Shown here piece by piece: positions 37,617-51,305 of a DNA stretch of 64,000 nt. The stretch is from Squalus acanthias (taxonomy: Eukaryota). The stretch's first letter is position 1; every line of letters begins with the position of its first letter. The position numbers were made by a program, and so were the translations under genes. The notes under the pieces are model-generated. The model saw only the letters and a program-made list of their open reading frames with translations. It was not told the DNA's origin and ran no database searches. The stretch is from positions 174,532,001 to 174,596,000 of the forward strand of contig CM059425.1 of NCBI GenBank assembly GCA_030390025.1. Direction: 5' to 3'.

Positions 37617-38719
37617 TAGGTCAGAAGGAACATGGAGTGATCAGGTGAACGGGAGTTGGTGCGGGTTAGGAAATGAGCAGCAGAGTTTTGGATGAGATCA
37701 AGTTTATGGGGGGTGGAAGATGGGAAGCTGGACAGGAGCGCAGAGTAAACATGACATTGGAACATCTGCAGCTCCAAAAAAATATATAAAAAGGATAGAA
37801 GTTCCACTGCATCAGCAAAGTCTTACCACTTATCTACCAATCAAACTAGGGTTTTTTTAGATATGAGCTCTGTTAAAAAAATACATTCATTAAATTACAT
37901 TTTTAGTTCAGCATATTAATGATGCAAAATAAATTGTACCTGTAATAAAATTGGTGCTAAAACATCATAATTCATTTTAAAAACAGCTATTCAATATTAT
38001 GGAAAATATTATTAGTCTTGTATCATCTCTAAACAATGTTATATTAACAGCGTCATTTCTCAATACTCCCATTTGATTGGTATTAAAGTGACATTTTTTA
38101 ATGTAAATAAATTTACTTCAAAATTCCAGGTGCAAAAATTAAGTCTCAATAAATATGACTCCTTTTAAGTTATGTTTCAATCTTCCAATACCATTATCTA
38201 AAGATTGATCCCCATAAATCTAATAATTCAGAGTTCAAAATCTGTATCTGTATCTGCGTTTGTGCTTTGCCTTTTGATTTTTTTCCCTTCCCCTGGTTTC
38301 TGATCCGTTGACCTCGTTTAAGTTAAAGGGATTGCTCAGTTAGACAAAAAGGTTTCAGCCCAAGGATAGGTTGGTCACAACAATGTGTGACAATAACAAA
38401 AAACTCAGCAGGAGTTTGAGAAGCATGAATACTATCAAGATGAATTGAACCTCTCTGATGGCTGCATTGTTTGTGAGGTACACAAACCAAAATCAATCTA
38501 CACTTATTTTCAAAACACTTAGAGAAAGGCATTTCATTGTCAATGACACGTGACTAAAATTGTGGGAAAATGCAGCTTTTAAATGTGATTTTCTTAGGAA
38601 CAATAAAAAGAAAATAGCCAATAACACACCTGTAACAATAATCCTTTTATATTTCTCAAGCAGTAATGAACAACTTAATGACTATAAATGCCAAAAAGTT
38701 TCATAATCCAGCTATGGAA

Positions 38720-40192
38720 TTTTTTTTTTTAATTCGTTCATGGGATGTGGGCGTCGCTGGCAAGGCCAGCATTTATTGCCCATCCCTAATTGCCCTTGAG
38801 AAGGTGGTGGTGAACCGCCTTCTTGAACAGCTGCAGTCGGTGTGGTGAAGGTACTCCCACAGTGCTGTTAGGGAGGGAGTTCCAGGATTTTGACCCAGTG
38901 ACGATAAAGGAACGGCGATATACTTCCAAGTCAGGATGGTGGGTGACTTGGAGGGGAAGCTGGAGGTGGTGGTGTTCCTATGTGCCTGCTGCCCTTGTCA
39001 TTCTAGGTGGAAGAGGTCGCGGGTTTGGGAGTTGCTGTAGTGCATCTTGTAGATGGTACACACTGCAGCCACGGTACGCCGGTGGTGGAGGGAGTGAATG
39101 TTTTAGGTGGTGGATGGGGTGCCAATCAAGTGAGCTGCTTTGTCCTGGATGATGTCGAGCTTCTTGAGTGTTGTTGGAGCTGCACTCATCCAGGCAAATG
39201 GAGAATATACCATCACACTCCTTATTTGTGCCTTGTAGATGGTGGAAAGGCTTTGAGGAGTCAGATGTGAGACACTCGCCGCAGAATACCTAGCCTCTGA
39301 TCTGCTCTTGTTGCCACAGTATTTATGTGGCTGGTCCAGTTAAGTTTCTGGTCAATGGTGACCCCCAGGATGTTGATGGAGGGGGATTCGGCGATGGTAA
39401 TGCTGTTGAATGTCATGGGGCGGTGGTTAGACTCTCGCTTGTTGGAGATAGTCATTCCCTGGCACTTGTGTGGCACGAATGTTATCTGCCACTTATCAGC
39501 CCAAGCCTGAATGTCGTCCAGGTCTTGTTGCATGCGGGCATGGACTGCTTCATTATCTGAGGAGTTGTGAATGGCACTGAACACTGTGCAGTCATCGGCG
39601 AACATCCCCATTTCTGACCTTATGGTGGAGGGAAGGCCATTGATGAAGCAGCTGAAGATGGTTGGGCCTAGGACACTGCCCTGAGGAACTCCTGCAGCGA
39701 TGTCCTGGGGCTGTGATGATTGACCTTCAACCACCACAACCATCTTCCTTTGTGCTAGGTATGACTCCAGCCAGTGGAGAGTTCCCACCCCACCCCACCG
39801 ATTCCCATTGACTTCAGTTTTACGAGGGCTCCTTGATGCCACAGTCAGTCAAATGCTTCCTTGATGTCAAGGGCAGTCACTCTCACCTCACCTCTGGAAT
39901 TCAGCTCCTTTGTCCACGTTTGGACCAAGGCTGTAATGAGGTCTGGAGCCGAGTGGTCTTGGCGGAACCCAAACTGGGCATCAGTGAGCAGGTTATTGGT
40001 GAGTAAGTGCTGTTTGATAGCACTGTCGACGACACCTTCCATCACTTTGCTGATGATTGAGAGTAGACTGATGGGGGGGTAATTGGCCGGATTGGATTTG
40101 TCCTGCTTTTTGTGGACAGGACATACCTGGGCAGTTTTCCACATTGTCAGGTAGATGCCAGTGTTGTAGCTGTACTGGAATTGCTTGGCTAG
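38720..40192 (-). mobile_element. LINE family B, 5'-truncated
   Basis: ORFs 39845-40363 and 39261-39842 ([15 protein letters not shown]); same tail. Confidence 0.92.
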
Positions 40193-41559
40193 AGGTATGG
40201 TTAATGTGTGACTGTTGCAGAACACCAGCAGAGAAAAGACTGATTTACTAATAAGGGCCTGTAGGTGCTGGTAAGCAGAGTGACACAAGTACATTTTCAG
40301 TGGGGGAGATAGCCCCCCATCTGCAAAGACAACATGGTGATGCACGACCAACAGCGCCAACACAATTCCAAATGACCTAGCAACGTCTTGTCTATTCTCT
40401 TCAATTTTATTTTTTTTTCCCAGCAGGATTACTTGCTCCTTTTAATTTTCTGTAAGTTTTTTCCCCTTAGTTAGCCATTTGCTGAGTGGAAGGCATGCTC
40501 CCTGGCTGCCGGCAAGTGCCAAGGACTACCTACACATGACACTCTCTGACTTTCTCATCCCCTCTATTGGAAGATGCCACAGCCTTCATTCAGCAACTTC
40601 CTGCACAATGCAGCTCAATTTGGGAACTAAACTATGCATCAGTACCCACTCCATGGTACTAAATATAAACACACGAAACCCACTGACAATCAGTGATACC
40701 AAGCTAGCGTCAATATCATGCCTGCTAGCGTCAATATCATGCCTATTCTCAGATATTCTGAAAGAGTTCTCATTTTCAAATGGATAAAGTAATGCCATGG
40801 TGGAGGGTATTGGACATAATGACTATGACAACAGTTCAGAACAGTCTAATTCAGGGTGCCCAAACTATGGTTTGTGTGTTATATTAAGCCTGTTAGCCCT
40901 AGCTGACCTGCCCAGAAAGCACAGGCAACTGAGTTCCATTTACTCTTCTTCTATTTCATACTCGCTTTTTTGTCCTGTTTCAATATTGTGGACCTGGAAG
41001 TTTGCAAAGTGCTGTACTGAGTACTGTTCCCTCATTGGTAGAAAAAAATCAGAATCAGCACACCCATGATTTACCAGTATAGGCAGTTTAAGATTTATGC
41101 AGATTATTGGAACATTGAGTTAAACTTCACATGCAGACCACAAGGCTCCATGGCATACATTGAAACAATCAACAAAGACAAAAAGCTTGAACACTCCGAG
41201 CTGAAGTGGACACCAACAATGATGCTCATGTTGTGCAAGTCAGACAAGGCAGGCTCCGAGCCTACCACAACTTGTCCAAGAACCAATTTATTCTTTCTAT
41301 CAGCTTAATTCTCCACTTTCTATTTACTTTATATTTTCCAATTTAGTCTTTCAATACTGTGTTTTATTCCCTAACAAAATAGTTGACAAGTAACCTGTCC
41401 CTTGGTGTTTTCCTCTGGCACCCTTAAACCAGCCATTAGGATGTGCACAAGGGCAGAGCAAATGACTCAACTGACAAAACTTCAATTTGGATCTTGCTGT
41501 ACGAATTTGTATGAATGCAAATAGATAGAAGTACATTAAGCACAAGCATAGCATCATAC

Positions 41560-42610
41560 AACAAGTTGCACTTGTAGAGTGCCTTTAAATTAGAAATACC
41601 TCCCATGGCACTTTATGTAAATATAATTAGAAAAAATTGACGCCGCACCAAAGGAAATATTGGGAGGAGTAACTAAAAGCTTGATCAAAGAGGTGGATTT
41701 TAAGAAGCAACTTAAAAGAGGAAAGGGAAGTGGAGAGGTTTAGAGAGGAATTGCCAGAACGTGGGGACTTGACAGCTGAAGGCACAGCCACCAATGGCAG
41801 GGTGAAGGGAGTGGGGGATGCATAAGAGGCCAGAGTTGGAGGAACATAGAGTGCTTGGATGATTGTAGGGTTGAAGAGATAGGGATGAGTGAGGCGATGA
41901 AAGACTTTAAACACAAGGATGAGAGTTTTAAATTTTAGGCATTAGGAGACCTGAAGCCAATGTGGCTCAGCAATCACATGGGGTAATGAGTGAGCAGAAC
42001 TTGATGAGGGATAGGATATGAGCAGCAGAGCTTTGCATGAGCTGACATTTATGGAGGGCAGATGATAGGATGTCAGCCAAGAGAGAATAGCAATAGTTGA
42101 GTCTGAAGGTGGAAAAGACATGGATCAGAGTTTCAGCACCAGATAGGCTGAGGCAGGAGTGGAGGCAGGTGATGTTGTGGAGGTGGAAATAGGCAGTTTT
42201 CATGACAGAGAGGATATGGGGACAGAAGCTCAGCTAGGATAGGATGTCGAGGTTGCGAACAGTCTGGTTCAATCTGAAACAGTGGATTCAGTGATGAGGA
42301 TATGGAATTTGAAGTGGGGGCCGAAGACGATGGCTTTGGTATTTCCAATGTCTAACTGGAGGAATTTGCAGCTCATCCAGAACTGGTTGTCAGACAAGTA
42401 GGCTGACAACACAGAGGCAGTGGAGGGGTCGAACGATGTGGTGCAGTGGTGGAGCTGGGTGTCATCAGCATATATCTAGAACTTGACTCAATGTCTTCAG
42501 ATGATTGCAGGAGGGCAGCACGTAGAGCAGGTGGAGGAGGCCAAGGATAGATTCTTGGGGGACTCCAGAGGTAGCAGAGCAGGGCAGGAAGAGAAGCCAT
42601 TGCTGGAGGT
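41560..42610 (-). mobile_element. L2 LINE 3' fragment
   Basis: KTAYFHLHNI...AETLIHVFSTFRLNYCYSLL; tail ACAACAAGTTGCACTTGTAGAG. Confidence 0.85.
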
Positions 42611-44719
42611 AGTTTTCAGCTGCGTCAGTCTTTCTCAAAAAATCTGTCTACGCAAATCAGACCAAGATAAAAATAATCAGTCTTACATCTTTATTTGCAA
42701 ATATCTTTTGTTAAATTTATTTCATTGTCCAGCAAATGTTACACTTGTTGCTGAAGTGTGAAGTATCAGTTCAATTTTATATATTTTACAACTGAAATAG
42801 ATTTTTGTCTGAACAAGTTACACATTTATTGATGTGGTCTTATTACATATATATTTTTTTTTAAAGTACATTTATAATCCTACAGGATCAGCAAGAACCA
42901 ACATGTTCTACCAAGGAGTGGTGAGACATTTTTTTTATGGCCTTGGACCACAGAAGAAAATTTCCCAAATCCAGCATTACATTGGCAAACTCCTACAGGA
43001 TGTCTGCAGAAATGGAAAAATGTCACACTGATACAGTAGGAAGCACTCTTCTGAGATTAGGGCTGAGGCATATTCTTGGGGCAGATCAGAGGGAGTTTTA
43101 CTCTGGACTGAACAGTGCTATATCTGTTATTGAGGCTAACACTGGGAGCCCAAAATGGAATATTTCTCAGCACACACATTCTTCATCTTAAGCAGCACAA
43201 ACTTCACACCAAAAATAATGAACAGCAAGACATTAATTCATATGCACGATCACCCGTACATCTCAACTCTAACTACCGCCATAGGAAGGCATCATGTAGA
43301 GGCATGATGCTTCCGCACAGAGCGTGAGAAACCCAAATGACCTTCGAGTGCCAGGTTTTAGAGCAGCACTGGCAGAGTTCTGGGAGCAGGTGACCCACCC
43401 ATCCTCTTGACTGCAGATGAGGCATGTAGGGGAGACAAAGGAGGAAAGAAAAATAACATAAGAGAAAGTGTTACCCCAATAAAAAGAAAATCATGTATTA
43501 TCAGCAGGCTTTATGTCACCTTCTGTTTTGGGCACTGTGAATTAGAACAAGATTTGCATTCTTTATTTTCTTTCGCTGAGAGATGTGTTTCTTTTTCTTT
43601 TTAATGACCAATTAAATGGTAGCAACCCTTGTACAAGAGGTAAAAACACTTGAGCTGACCTGATCCAGCACCAGTAATGCAAACTGGGATGTTATCAGGT
43701 TATAGTCACTACCTTTGAAGTTTGTCATCTAACAAAGACAAGAATCAGGAATTTCAGGAGGAGCTTAGTAACATCTAACTTAACAGATTCCCATCAAATT
43801 TAATGTAAAAGCCAAAGTAATGAAAAGGAAAATAGATAACTCCTATTCCTGACACATTACATTACTGAAAGGCCCATCTGTCAGACAACGTGTTAATCAA
43901 TAAGGCTGTTAAAACCCATCTGCTGAATGAGGCACCACCCACAACTACTTCTTTTAACATAATTCCTTTTCAAATTGCAAACAGTTCAAAGCCCTGAAAT
44001 TATTGTTGTAAACGTGCTAAGCAGGACTGGTTTACAATCTAATTACAATATACAAATAGCACTAACGTGAAACCTTAACGTGGTCTCATAATGTGGAGGA
44101 ACATGGAATATTTGAATTGTACCTATGTGATGAGGATTGGCTTTGTGCCAATATGAATAACCTCAGCACTTCACACTCTGAGGTAATCTGTTCACATTTT
44201 AAATAATGCAGTGTGCAATATTGATTTTATTTGCAAATACTATTGATCTGTGCATTTTTAAAATTCCATTCAAATAAACTGCATGATGCATTCAATTGCT
44301 GTATCCTATAAAAATGAATGTTCTCCCTTTCTGGGAAATGGATGCTGTTTGCTTGACAGTTAGAACAGTCATTCTCATTTAAATGTCAACTATTGAACTT
44401 ATGCCACAATCAAAGAGCAAATAACCCATGAACATCATGGGATAAATGATGTATTCATACACCAAAACAAGTATTCGGTTTTTATACCAGAAGTGTGGAA
44501 TAAACTTGTGTTATTTCAGATTTCCTTATTTCTGAGTTATTCAGAGAGGGGATGGAAATATTTCTGTACTGGCATCCTTTAATAGCATTGTTTCCCAAGT
44601 AAGTATCTATCTCATTTTAAAGGACCTCAACAGAGTTTGCATCTATGGCCTTCAGAGTGCATTCCTCATTCTCATAAACCTTTGTGTAAACAAGTTTTAT
44701 TTGCATTCATTTTTAAATA

Positions 44720-46565
44720 GCTTCTCAAATTGTAAGATTAACATTAAAATAAATGAACGTATTGTTTTAGATAGAATTAGGAACCTTAAAATGGTTAGGG
44801 CAGCCGGTCCAAATAATATCCACCCGATGGTTTTCAAGGAGGTGGGACACGTGCTATGCAAGCCCCTTACCATATCTTTAATAGCTTGCTGGAGTCTGGG
44901 ACTGTTCCCTTAGACTGGAAGGAGGCTAATGTAGTTCCAGTCTTTAAAAAGAGAGAGAAGATGGATCTGGGTAATTATAGGTCCATTAGCTTGACGTCAG
45001 TAATAGGGAAGATACTTGAGGGAATCACTAGGGATGCAATATACAACTACTTGACAGAGAAGGACATATCAAACACCCAGCATGCTTCAGAAAAGGGAGG
45101 TCTTATCTTCCTAATTTGATTGTATTTTTTGAAGAAGTCACCAAGATAGTGAATGAAGGAAAGCCTATTCACTCGAGCTATTGCTTCATGGCATTGGTCA
45201 TTAATCTCTGGACATTGTCCACCTACACTTACAAAAATGTTTTGATAAAGTACCGCATAAGAGGCTTCTCCAAAGATTGAAGTGTCAGGTATTAGTAGCT
45301 ATCTACTGCGCTGGATTGAGAACTGGCTGAAAGCACGTAGGCAGAAAGTAGTTGTAGATGGATTTGAATCTGCTAGTGGTGTTCCACATGGATCAGTGTT
45401 AGAATCACTAATATTTAATAGAAGTTCAACCATGATCTTATTGAATGGTGGAGCAGGCTCAAGGAGCCGTATGGCCTTCTCCTGCTCCTATTTCTTATGT
45501 TCTTATTTCCTATTTCCATTAATGATCTAGATGTAGGTGTTGGGGAAATGATTTGCAAGTTTGATGATGAGTCAAGACTGTAGACGATGCTCAACTACTA
45601 CAAGCAAATTTAGATGCACTAGGGGATTGGTCTTATGACTGACAAATGATGTTTAACTTAGAAAAGTGCAGTGTTATGCATGTGGGTAGGGCGAATGCTG
45701 AACATGCATAAATCCTTCAAGGAACTAAAGCCGATAGAGAAAGAAAGCGATCTGGCTGTTCTAGTGCATAGATCTCTAAAGATTCATGACCAATGCCATG
45801 AAGCAATAGCTAGAGTGAATAGTGTGCTAGGATGCATTTACACTACAATTCACTATAAAACAAAGCATACCATTTTGTTCTTGTACAAGACCTTGGTTAG
45901 GCCTCAGTTAGAATACTGTGTCCCATTTTGGTCTCTTCACATGGTGAGTGATATGGAGGCTTTGGAAAGGGTGCAGAGGAGGGACACAAGTTTAATTCCC
46001 AGTTTAAAGCCAAAATAGGCTCTTAGGGGTGATTTTATCAAGGTTTATAAGATGATGAACAGATTAGATTGTGTTTGTATATACAATTAGTTTCATCTAA
46101 ATAAGTTAGGGAAGACCAGGGATCGCAATCTCGTTATATAAAAGCAGAACTAGGTTAGATATTGGAAGGTGTTTTTTTTCCCCCCGAGAGAATACTGGAC
46201 CGGTGAACAGGCTGCCGGCTTGTGTGGTGAACACGGATTCGATGAATTCTTTCAAGCGAGAAGTGGACCTGTTTCTGGCTGGGGCAGAGGTCACCTTGTA
46301 CAAGAGGTAGGCACTGATTAATATTAATTAGGGCCAGACTGTTCTCGAGACTAGTTTTAATCACCTAAAGGAGTTGGAGAGGATTTTTCAAGATTTTCTT
46401 CTCTAGTTGGCCCGGGTTTCAATCTGGTTTCATCTCCCAGGAGATTACATGGCTTCCAGGTGGGGTGGGGTGGAGCGTGCACATATTGTGATGCACAAAA
46501 CATCATTATATGAGACAGGCTGGATGGACCAGTAGTTCTTTTCCTGTCTGTCATTTTCATCTGTT
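44720..46565 (+). mobile_element. Old CR1 LINE with long 3' UTR (small CR1 tail nested at about 45425-45510)
   Basis: AGPNNIHPMVFKE, VPLDWKEANVVPVFKK, GVPHGSVL, LYKTLVRPQLEYCVPFWS. Confidence 0.85.
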
Positions 46566-46791
46566 CATATGCAAGTATGGTTGCTGTGGATTCCCCTACT
46601 AAAAGGAAGTCATTCCATGTCAACTCTGCCAATTTCCTTCATCATTTTCAATGTCTCAATCAGATCACTTCCACAGATCCAGAGAATGTCTTGCTTGACA
46701 AACCTGGTAAGAGTCCTTCTCGGAGGTGACAAATATAGTGGACAGTGGATATGGTGCATATGGACTTATAGATAAACCTTTATTAAGGTAT

Positions 46792-46898
46792 TGTAGATTT
46801 TAGGGGTAATAGTAGAAAATGACTAGGTTAGGATAACTTAACAGGAGTAGAAAGCATCAAGGGTTACCTAGTATAGAGAGAGCAGCATATGTTCAAGT

Positions 46899-46946
<48 letters not shown>

Positions 46947-47652
46947 GTAGGGACAACATGTGTCTAAAAGATCTTTGCAGAACAGACAAGCACATCCCTT
47001 TAGACAGGTCGCCAAGGCAACAATGATGAGACATACCTCTGGGCCGACTAGCTAGAACCGAGACAAGATAAGGAGGAAGAGCAGGGGTTTGTTTGTTATT
47101 AACCATAGTACAAGCTTAAGAAAGATTGCATAATAGAATAGTTTGGATTATAATATGTGATGTTTATACATATGATTGTGACACTATAAGAAATAACATA
47201 ATTAACAGTAGGCAAGCTAGTTTAGGGATGATTAGAGAACGACTGAAGAAAAGTAACTGAATCCTGCAAGGTATCAAGGAATGTGTCCTTGTAAATCATA
47301 GGTAAGAGGAATCCCAGTTGCAGTTGCTAGTTTCACACCAAAAGCAGGTAAGACGACAAAGGATCAGGTGACATAGATGGATCTCCATAGGGCATAAAAA
47401 TGAGAGTATATTGGTGTAAGGGAGTGCAGTTTGAATTTAAGACACTGGAGATCAACCTCAGAGGCTCCAAGGTTTCATCGAGCGGGCTGACCTCATGTCA
47501 GTGCACGTACATTTGGCACTTACATTGACATATCCATCATAAAGCATGCAAGATAAGGGAACTTTGTACTAATTAATAAAGTATTAAAGTTGCTAAAACT
47601 AGACTCTCAAACCTATTAATTAATAAGGCAAGGCATAAGCCAAAATCTGGCA
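46792..47652 (+). mobile_element. Probable solo LTR (about 860 bp) inside a CR1 fragment
   Basis: Termini TGTAGATTTT...AAAATCTGGCA; AATAAA at 47575. CR1 ...TAAGGT|GCCACACAG rejoins across it. TSD is degenerate (GGTAT/AGTGC). Confidence 0.65.
46900..46942. repeat. (AG)n microsatellite
   Basis: About 21 AG units. Confidence 0.97.
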
Positions 47653-47739
47653 AGTGCCACACAGGTGACTATTGAGAAAGAATAAGCGATATGAAATTAG
47701 GTGGGGGGTAGCAAATTGGATTAAAAACTGGCAGTAAAC

Positions 47740-50040
47740 AGAGAACATGGAAACAGGAGTCGGCCATTCCATTCAGCCCTTCGAGCCAGTTCCGTCATTG
47801 AATCAGATCATAGCTGATCTGTACCTGACCTCTATTTACCTGCCTTTGATCCATATCCCGTGATAGAAACATAAAAAAATAGGAGCAAGAGTAGGCCATT
47901 CGGCCCTTCGAGCCTGCTCCGCCATTCAATATCATGACTGATCCTCTATCTCAATACCATATTCCCGCTCTCTCCCCATACCCCTTGATGCCTTTTGTGT
48001 CTAGAAATCTATCTATCTCCTTCTTAAATATATTCAGTGATTTGGCCTCCACAGCCTTCTGTGGTAGAGAATTCCACAGGTTCACCACCCTCTGAGTGAA
48101 GAAATTTCTCCTCATCTCAGTCCTAAATGTCCTACCCGGTATCCTGAGACTGTGACCCCTCCTTCTAGACCCCCCCAGCCATGGGAAACATCCTCCCTGC
48201 ATCCAGTCTGTCTAGCCCTGTCAGAATTTTATACGTTTCAATGAGATCCCCACTCATTCTTCTAAACTCCAGTGAATACAGGCCTAGTCAACCCAATCTC
48301 TCCTCATACGACAGTCCTGCCATCCCAGGAATCAGTCTGGTGAACCTTCGCTGCACTCCCTCTATGGCAAGTATATCCTTTCTTAGGTAAGGAGACCAAA
48401 ACTGCACACAGTACTCCAGGTGAGTGTGAGGTGGCACACAGTACATCCTTGCTCCTGTACTCAAATCCTCTTCTAATGAAGGCCAACATACCATTTGCCT
48501 TCCTAACTGATTGCTGCACCTACATGTTTGCTTTCAGTGACTGGTGTACAAGGACACCCAGGTCCCTTTGTACATCAACATTTCCCAATCTTTCACCATT
48601 TAAATAATACTCTACCTTTCTGTTTTTCCTACTGAAGTGGATAACTTCACATTTATCCACGTTATACAGCATCTGCCATGTCTTTGCCCACTCACTCAAC
48701 TTGTCTAAATCGCCTTGAAGCATCTTTGCATCCTCCTCTCAACCCACCTAGTTTCGTGTCGTCAGCAAACTTGGAAATATTACATTTGGTTCCCTCATCC
48801 AAATCATTGATATATAGTGTGAATAGCTGGGGCCCAAGCACTGATCTCTGCGGTACCCCACTAGTCACCGCCTGCCACCCCGAAAAAGACCCATTTATTC
48901 CTACTCTCTGTTTCCTGTCTGGTAACCAATTTTCAATCCATGCCAGTATATTACCCCCAATCCCATGTACCTTAATTTTGCACACTAACCTCTTATGTGG
49001 GACTTTATCAAAGGCCTTCTGAAAATCCAAATACACCACATCCACTTGTTCTCCCTTATCTATTCTACCAGTTACATCCTCAAAAAACTCCAGTAGGTTT
49101 GTCAAACACAATTTCCCTTTCATAAATCCATGTTAACTTTGTCTAATCCCATTGATATTTTCTAAGTGTCCTGTTATCACATCCTTTATAATCGACTCTA
49201 GCATTTTCCCTACTACTGATGTTAGGCTAACCGGTCTGTAGTTCCCTGTTTTCTCTCTCCCTCCTTTTTTAAATAGTGGGATTACATTTGCTACCCTCCA
49301 ATCTGCAGGAACTGTTCCATAATCTATAGAATTTTGGAAGATGATAACCAATGCATCCACTATTTCCATGGCTACCTCTTTTAGTACTCTGGGATGCAGA
49401 TTATCAGGCCCTGGGGATTTATCAGCTTTCAGTCCCATTAATTTCTCCAGCAGTATTTTTTTACTAATACTAATTTCCTTTAATTCCTCCTTCTCACTAG
49501 ACCCTTGGTTCCCCAGCATTTACCTTTACCTAACACAAATCTATCAATTTGTCTTGAAAATGTCAATTGACCCAGCATCTACAATTTTGAGAGAAGAGAG
49601 TTCCAGATTTCCACTACCCTTTGGATGAAAAAATGCTTCCTGATTTCACTCCGAAATTGCCTTGCTCCAATTTTAAGATTGTACCCACTTGTTCTGGAAA
49701 ATAAATTCTTTGTAGCAACCCTCATAATTCTCTATCATTTTAAAGACTTCGATTAGATCACCCCTTAATCTTCTAAACTCAATGGAATGCAAGCCAAGTT
49801 TATGGAACCTGTCGCCATAATTCGACCCTTTAATCTCTGGTATTATACTGGTGAATCAGTGCTGTATCTTCTCCAATGTCAACATATCTTTCCTGAGATG
49901 CAGTGACTTAAACTGAATGCAGTACTCCAATGGGGTCTGACGAAGGCTCTGTACACCTGAAGTATTACTTCTCACATTTGTATTACAACCCCCTCAATAA
50001 AGGGCAACATTCCATTGCCCCTATGAATCCGACGTTAAGG
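47740..50040 (-). mobile_element. Stacked minus-strand CR1 fragments (main copy 47863-49520)
   Basis: ORFs 49133-49519, 48692-49123, 48520-48723 and 47951-48202 with CR1 RT motifs. Further CR1 3' parts at 47740-47862 and 49520-50040. Confidence 0.9.
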
Positions 50041-50077
50041 GCAGTTTCGCAGAATAGGTGACTATGGGTAGCAGTGT

Positions 50078-50400
50078 CACACAGAATCACACACAGAATC
50101 CCCACAGTGCAGATAGAGGCCATTTCGGCCCATCGAGCCTGCACCGACACATATCCCACCCTATCCCCGTAACCCAACGTATTTAATCCCCCCAACACTA
50201 AGGGTCAATTTATCATAGCCAAATCAACCTAACCCGCCCATCTTTGGACTGTGGGAAGAAACCGGAGCACCTGGAGGAAACCCACGCAGACACGGGGAGA
50301 ATGTGCAAACTCCACACAGACAGTCACCCGGGGCCGGATTCGAACCCGGGTCCCTGGCGCTGTGAAGCAACAGTGCTTAACCACTGTGCCACCGTGTAGC
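50078..50400 (-). mobile_element. V-SINE (HE1-like)
   Basis: Near-identical reverse complement of 31920-32217; (GATTCTGTG) tail. Confidence 0.92.
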
Positions 50401-50401
50401 C

Positions 50402-51305
50402 CATAAGGTTCGGTCCCAGGACCACTTCTGCTCACTATATACATAAATTATTTGGATATAGGTCTAGAGGAGTGCTGTGCAAATTTGCAGATACTAAAAT
50501 AGGATGCACAAAAAATACTGAGCACCAAAGGAAACGGAAAATAGGTTGAGAAGATTGGGCAAAAAGCAGCAGATGGAATTCAATGTCATGTGAGTGAGAG
50601 GTGGTATATTTTGGTAAAAAAAATAAAGTAATAATTATGTTTTGAATGGGTTAAGCTGGGTGATATGGAAAAGTAGAGGGTTTGGGGTTTGAGGTACACA
50701 AGACAGTAAAAGCAGCACCTCAAGTGGATAAGCCATAAAAAAGCTAATGGAATACTAGATTTTTTGGCAAGAGGTATAAAACATAAATGTTGAGATGTAC
50801 TGGTGAATATATATAAAGCCTTAGTACAATCATAGATTGAGTACTATGTGCAATTTTGGGCTCCATACTATAGGAAGGATATTGAGGCAATGGAGAAAGT
50901 ACAGCCCAGATTCACAAAGAGGCTGCCTGGTATGAGGAAATACAAATACTAAGAATAACTACAAAAATTGGGGCTGCTTTCATCAGAACAGAGGAGATTT
51001 AGGGGTGATTAAATAGATTACGAAGGGATCATAGAATCATAGAAATTTACGGCACAGAAGGAGGCCATTCGGCCCATCGTGTCTGTGCCAGCCAAAAAGA
51101 ACTATCCAGCCTAATCCCACCAATGGGATGGAACAGTGTAGATAGAAACAGACTGTTTCCACTGATTGAGGGATACAGAGTAAGACGATACGTGTGTAAG
51201 ATTAAATGTAGGAGATTTATGATAGAGAGTAGAAGAAACTTTTTTTTTGCCGTGTTGTGAAGCTATGGAATACACTACCAGAGTTAGTGACTGAAGCAGA
51301 GCGAT
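50402..51305 (+). mobile_element. Old CR1 fragment (continues about 52393-52550; small minus CR1 tail nested at about 51030-51123)
   Basis: GSVPGPLL, CKFAD, YKALV...EYYVQFW motifs. Confidence 0.75.

Larger units (their letters stand above)
35095..37760 (-). mobile_element. L2 LINE 3' fragment hosting two Penelope insertions
   Basis: Tail CAACAACAATTTGCATTTATATAG at about 35097. L2 sequence resumes at 35686 and 37630 (HKLDLIQNSAAHFLTRT). Confidence 0.8.

Noticed and set aside
43284..43314. Hairpin GGAAGGCATCATG-TAGAGG-CATGATGCTTCC
   Set aside because: Too short for a pre-miRNA; probably part of a decayed repeat or chance.
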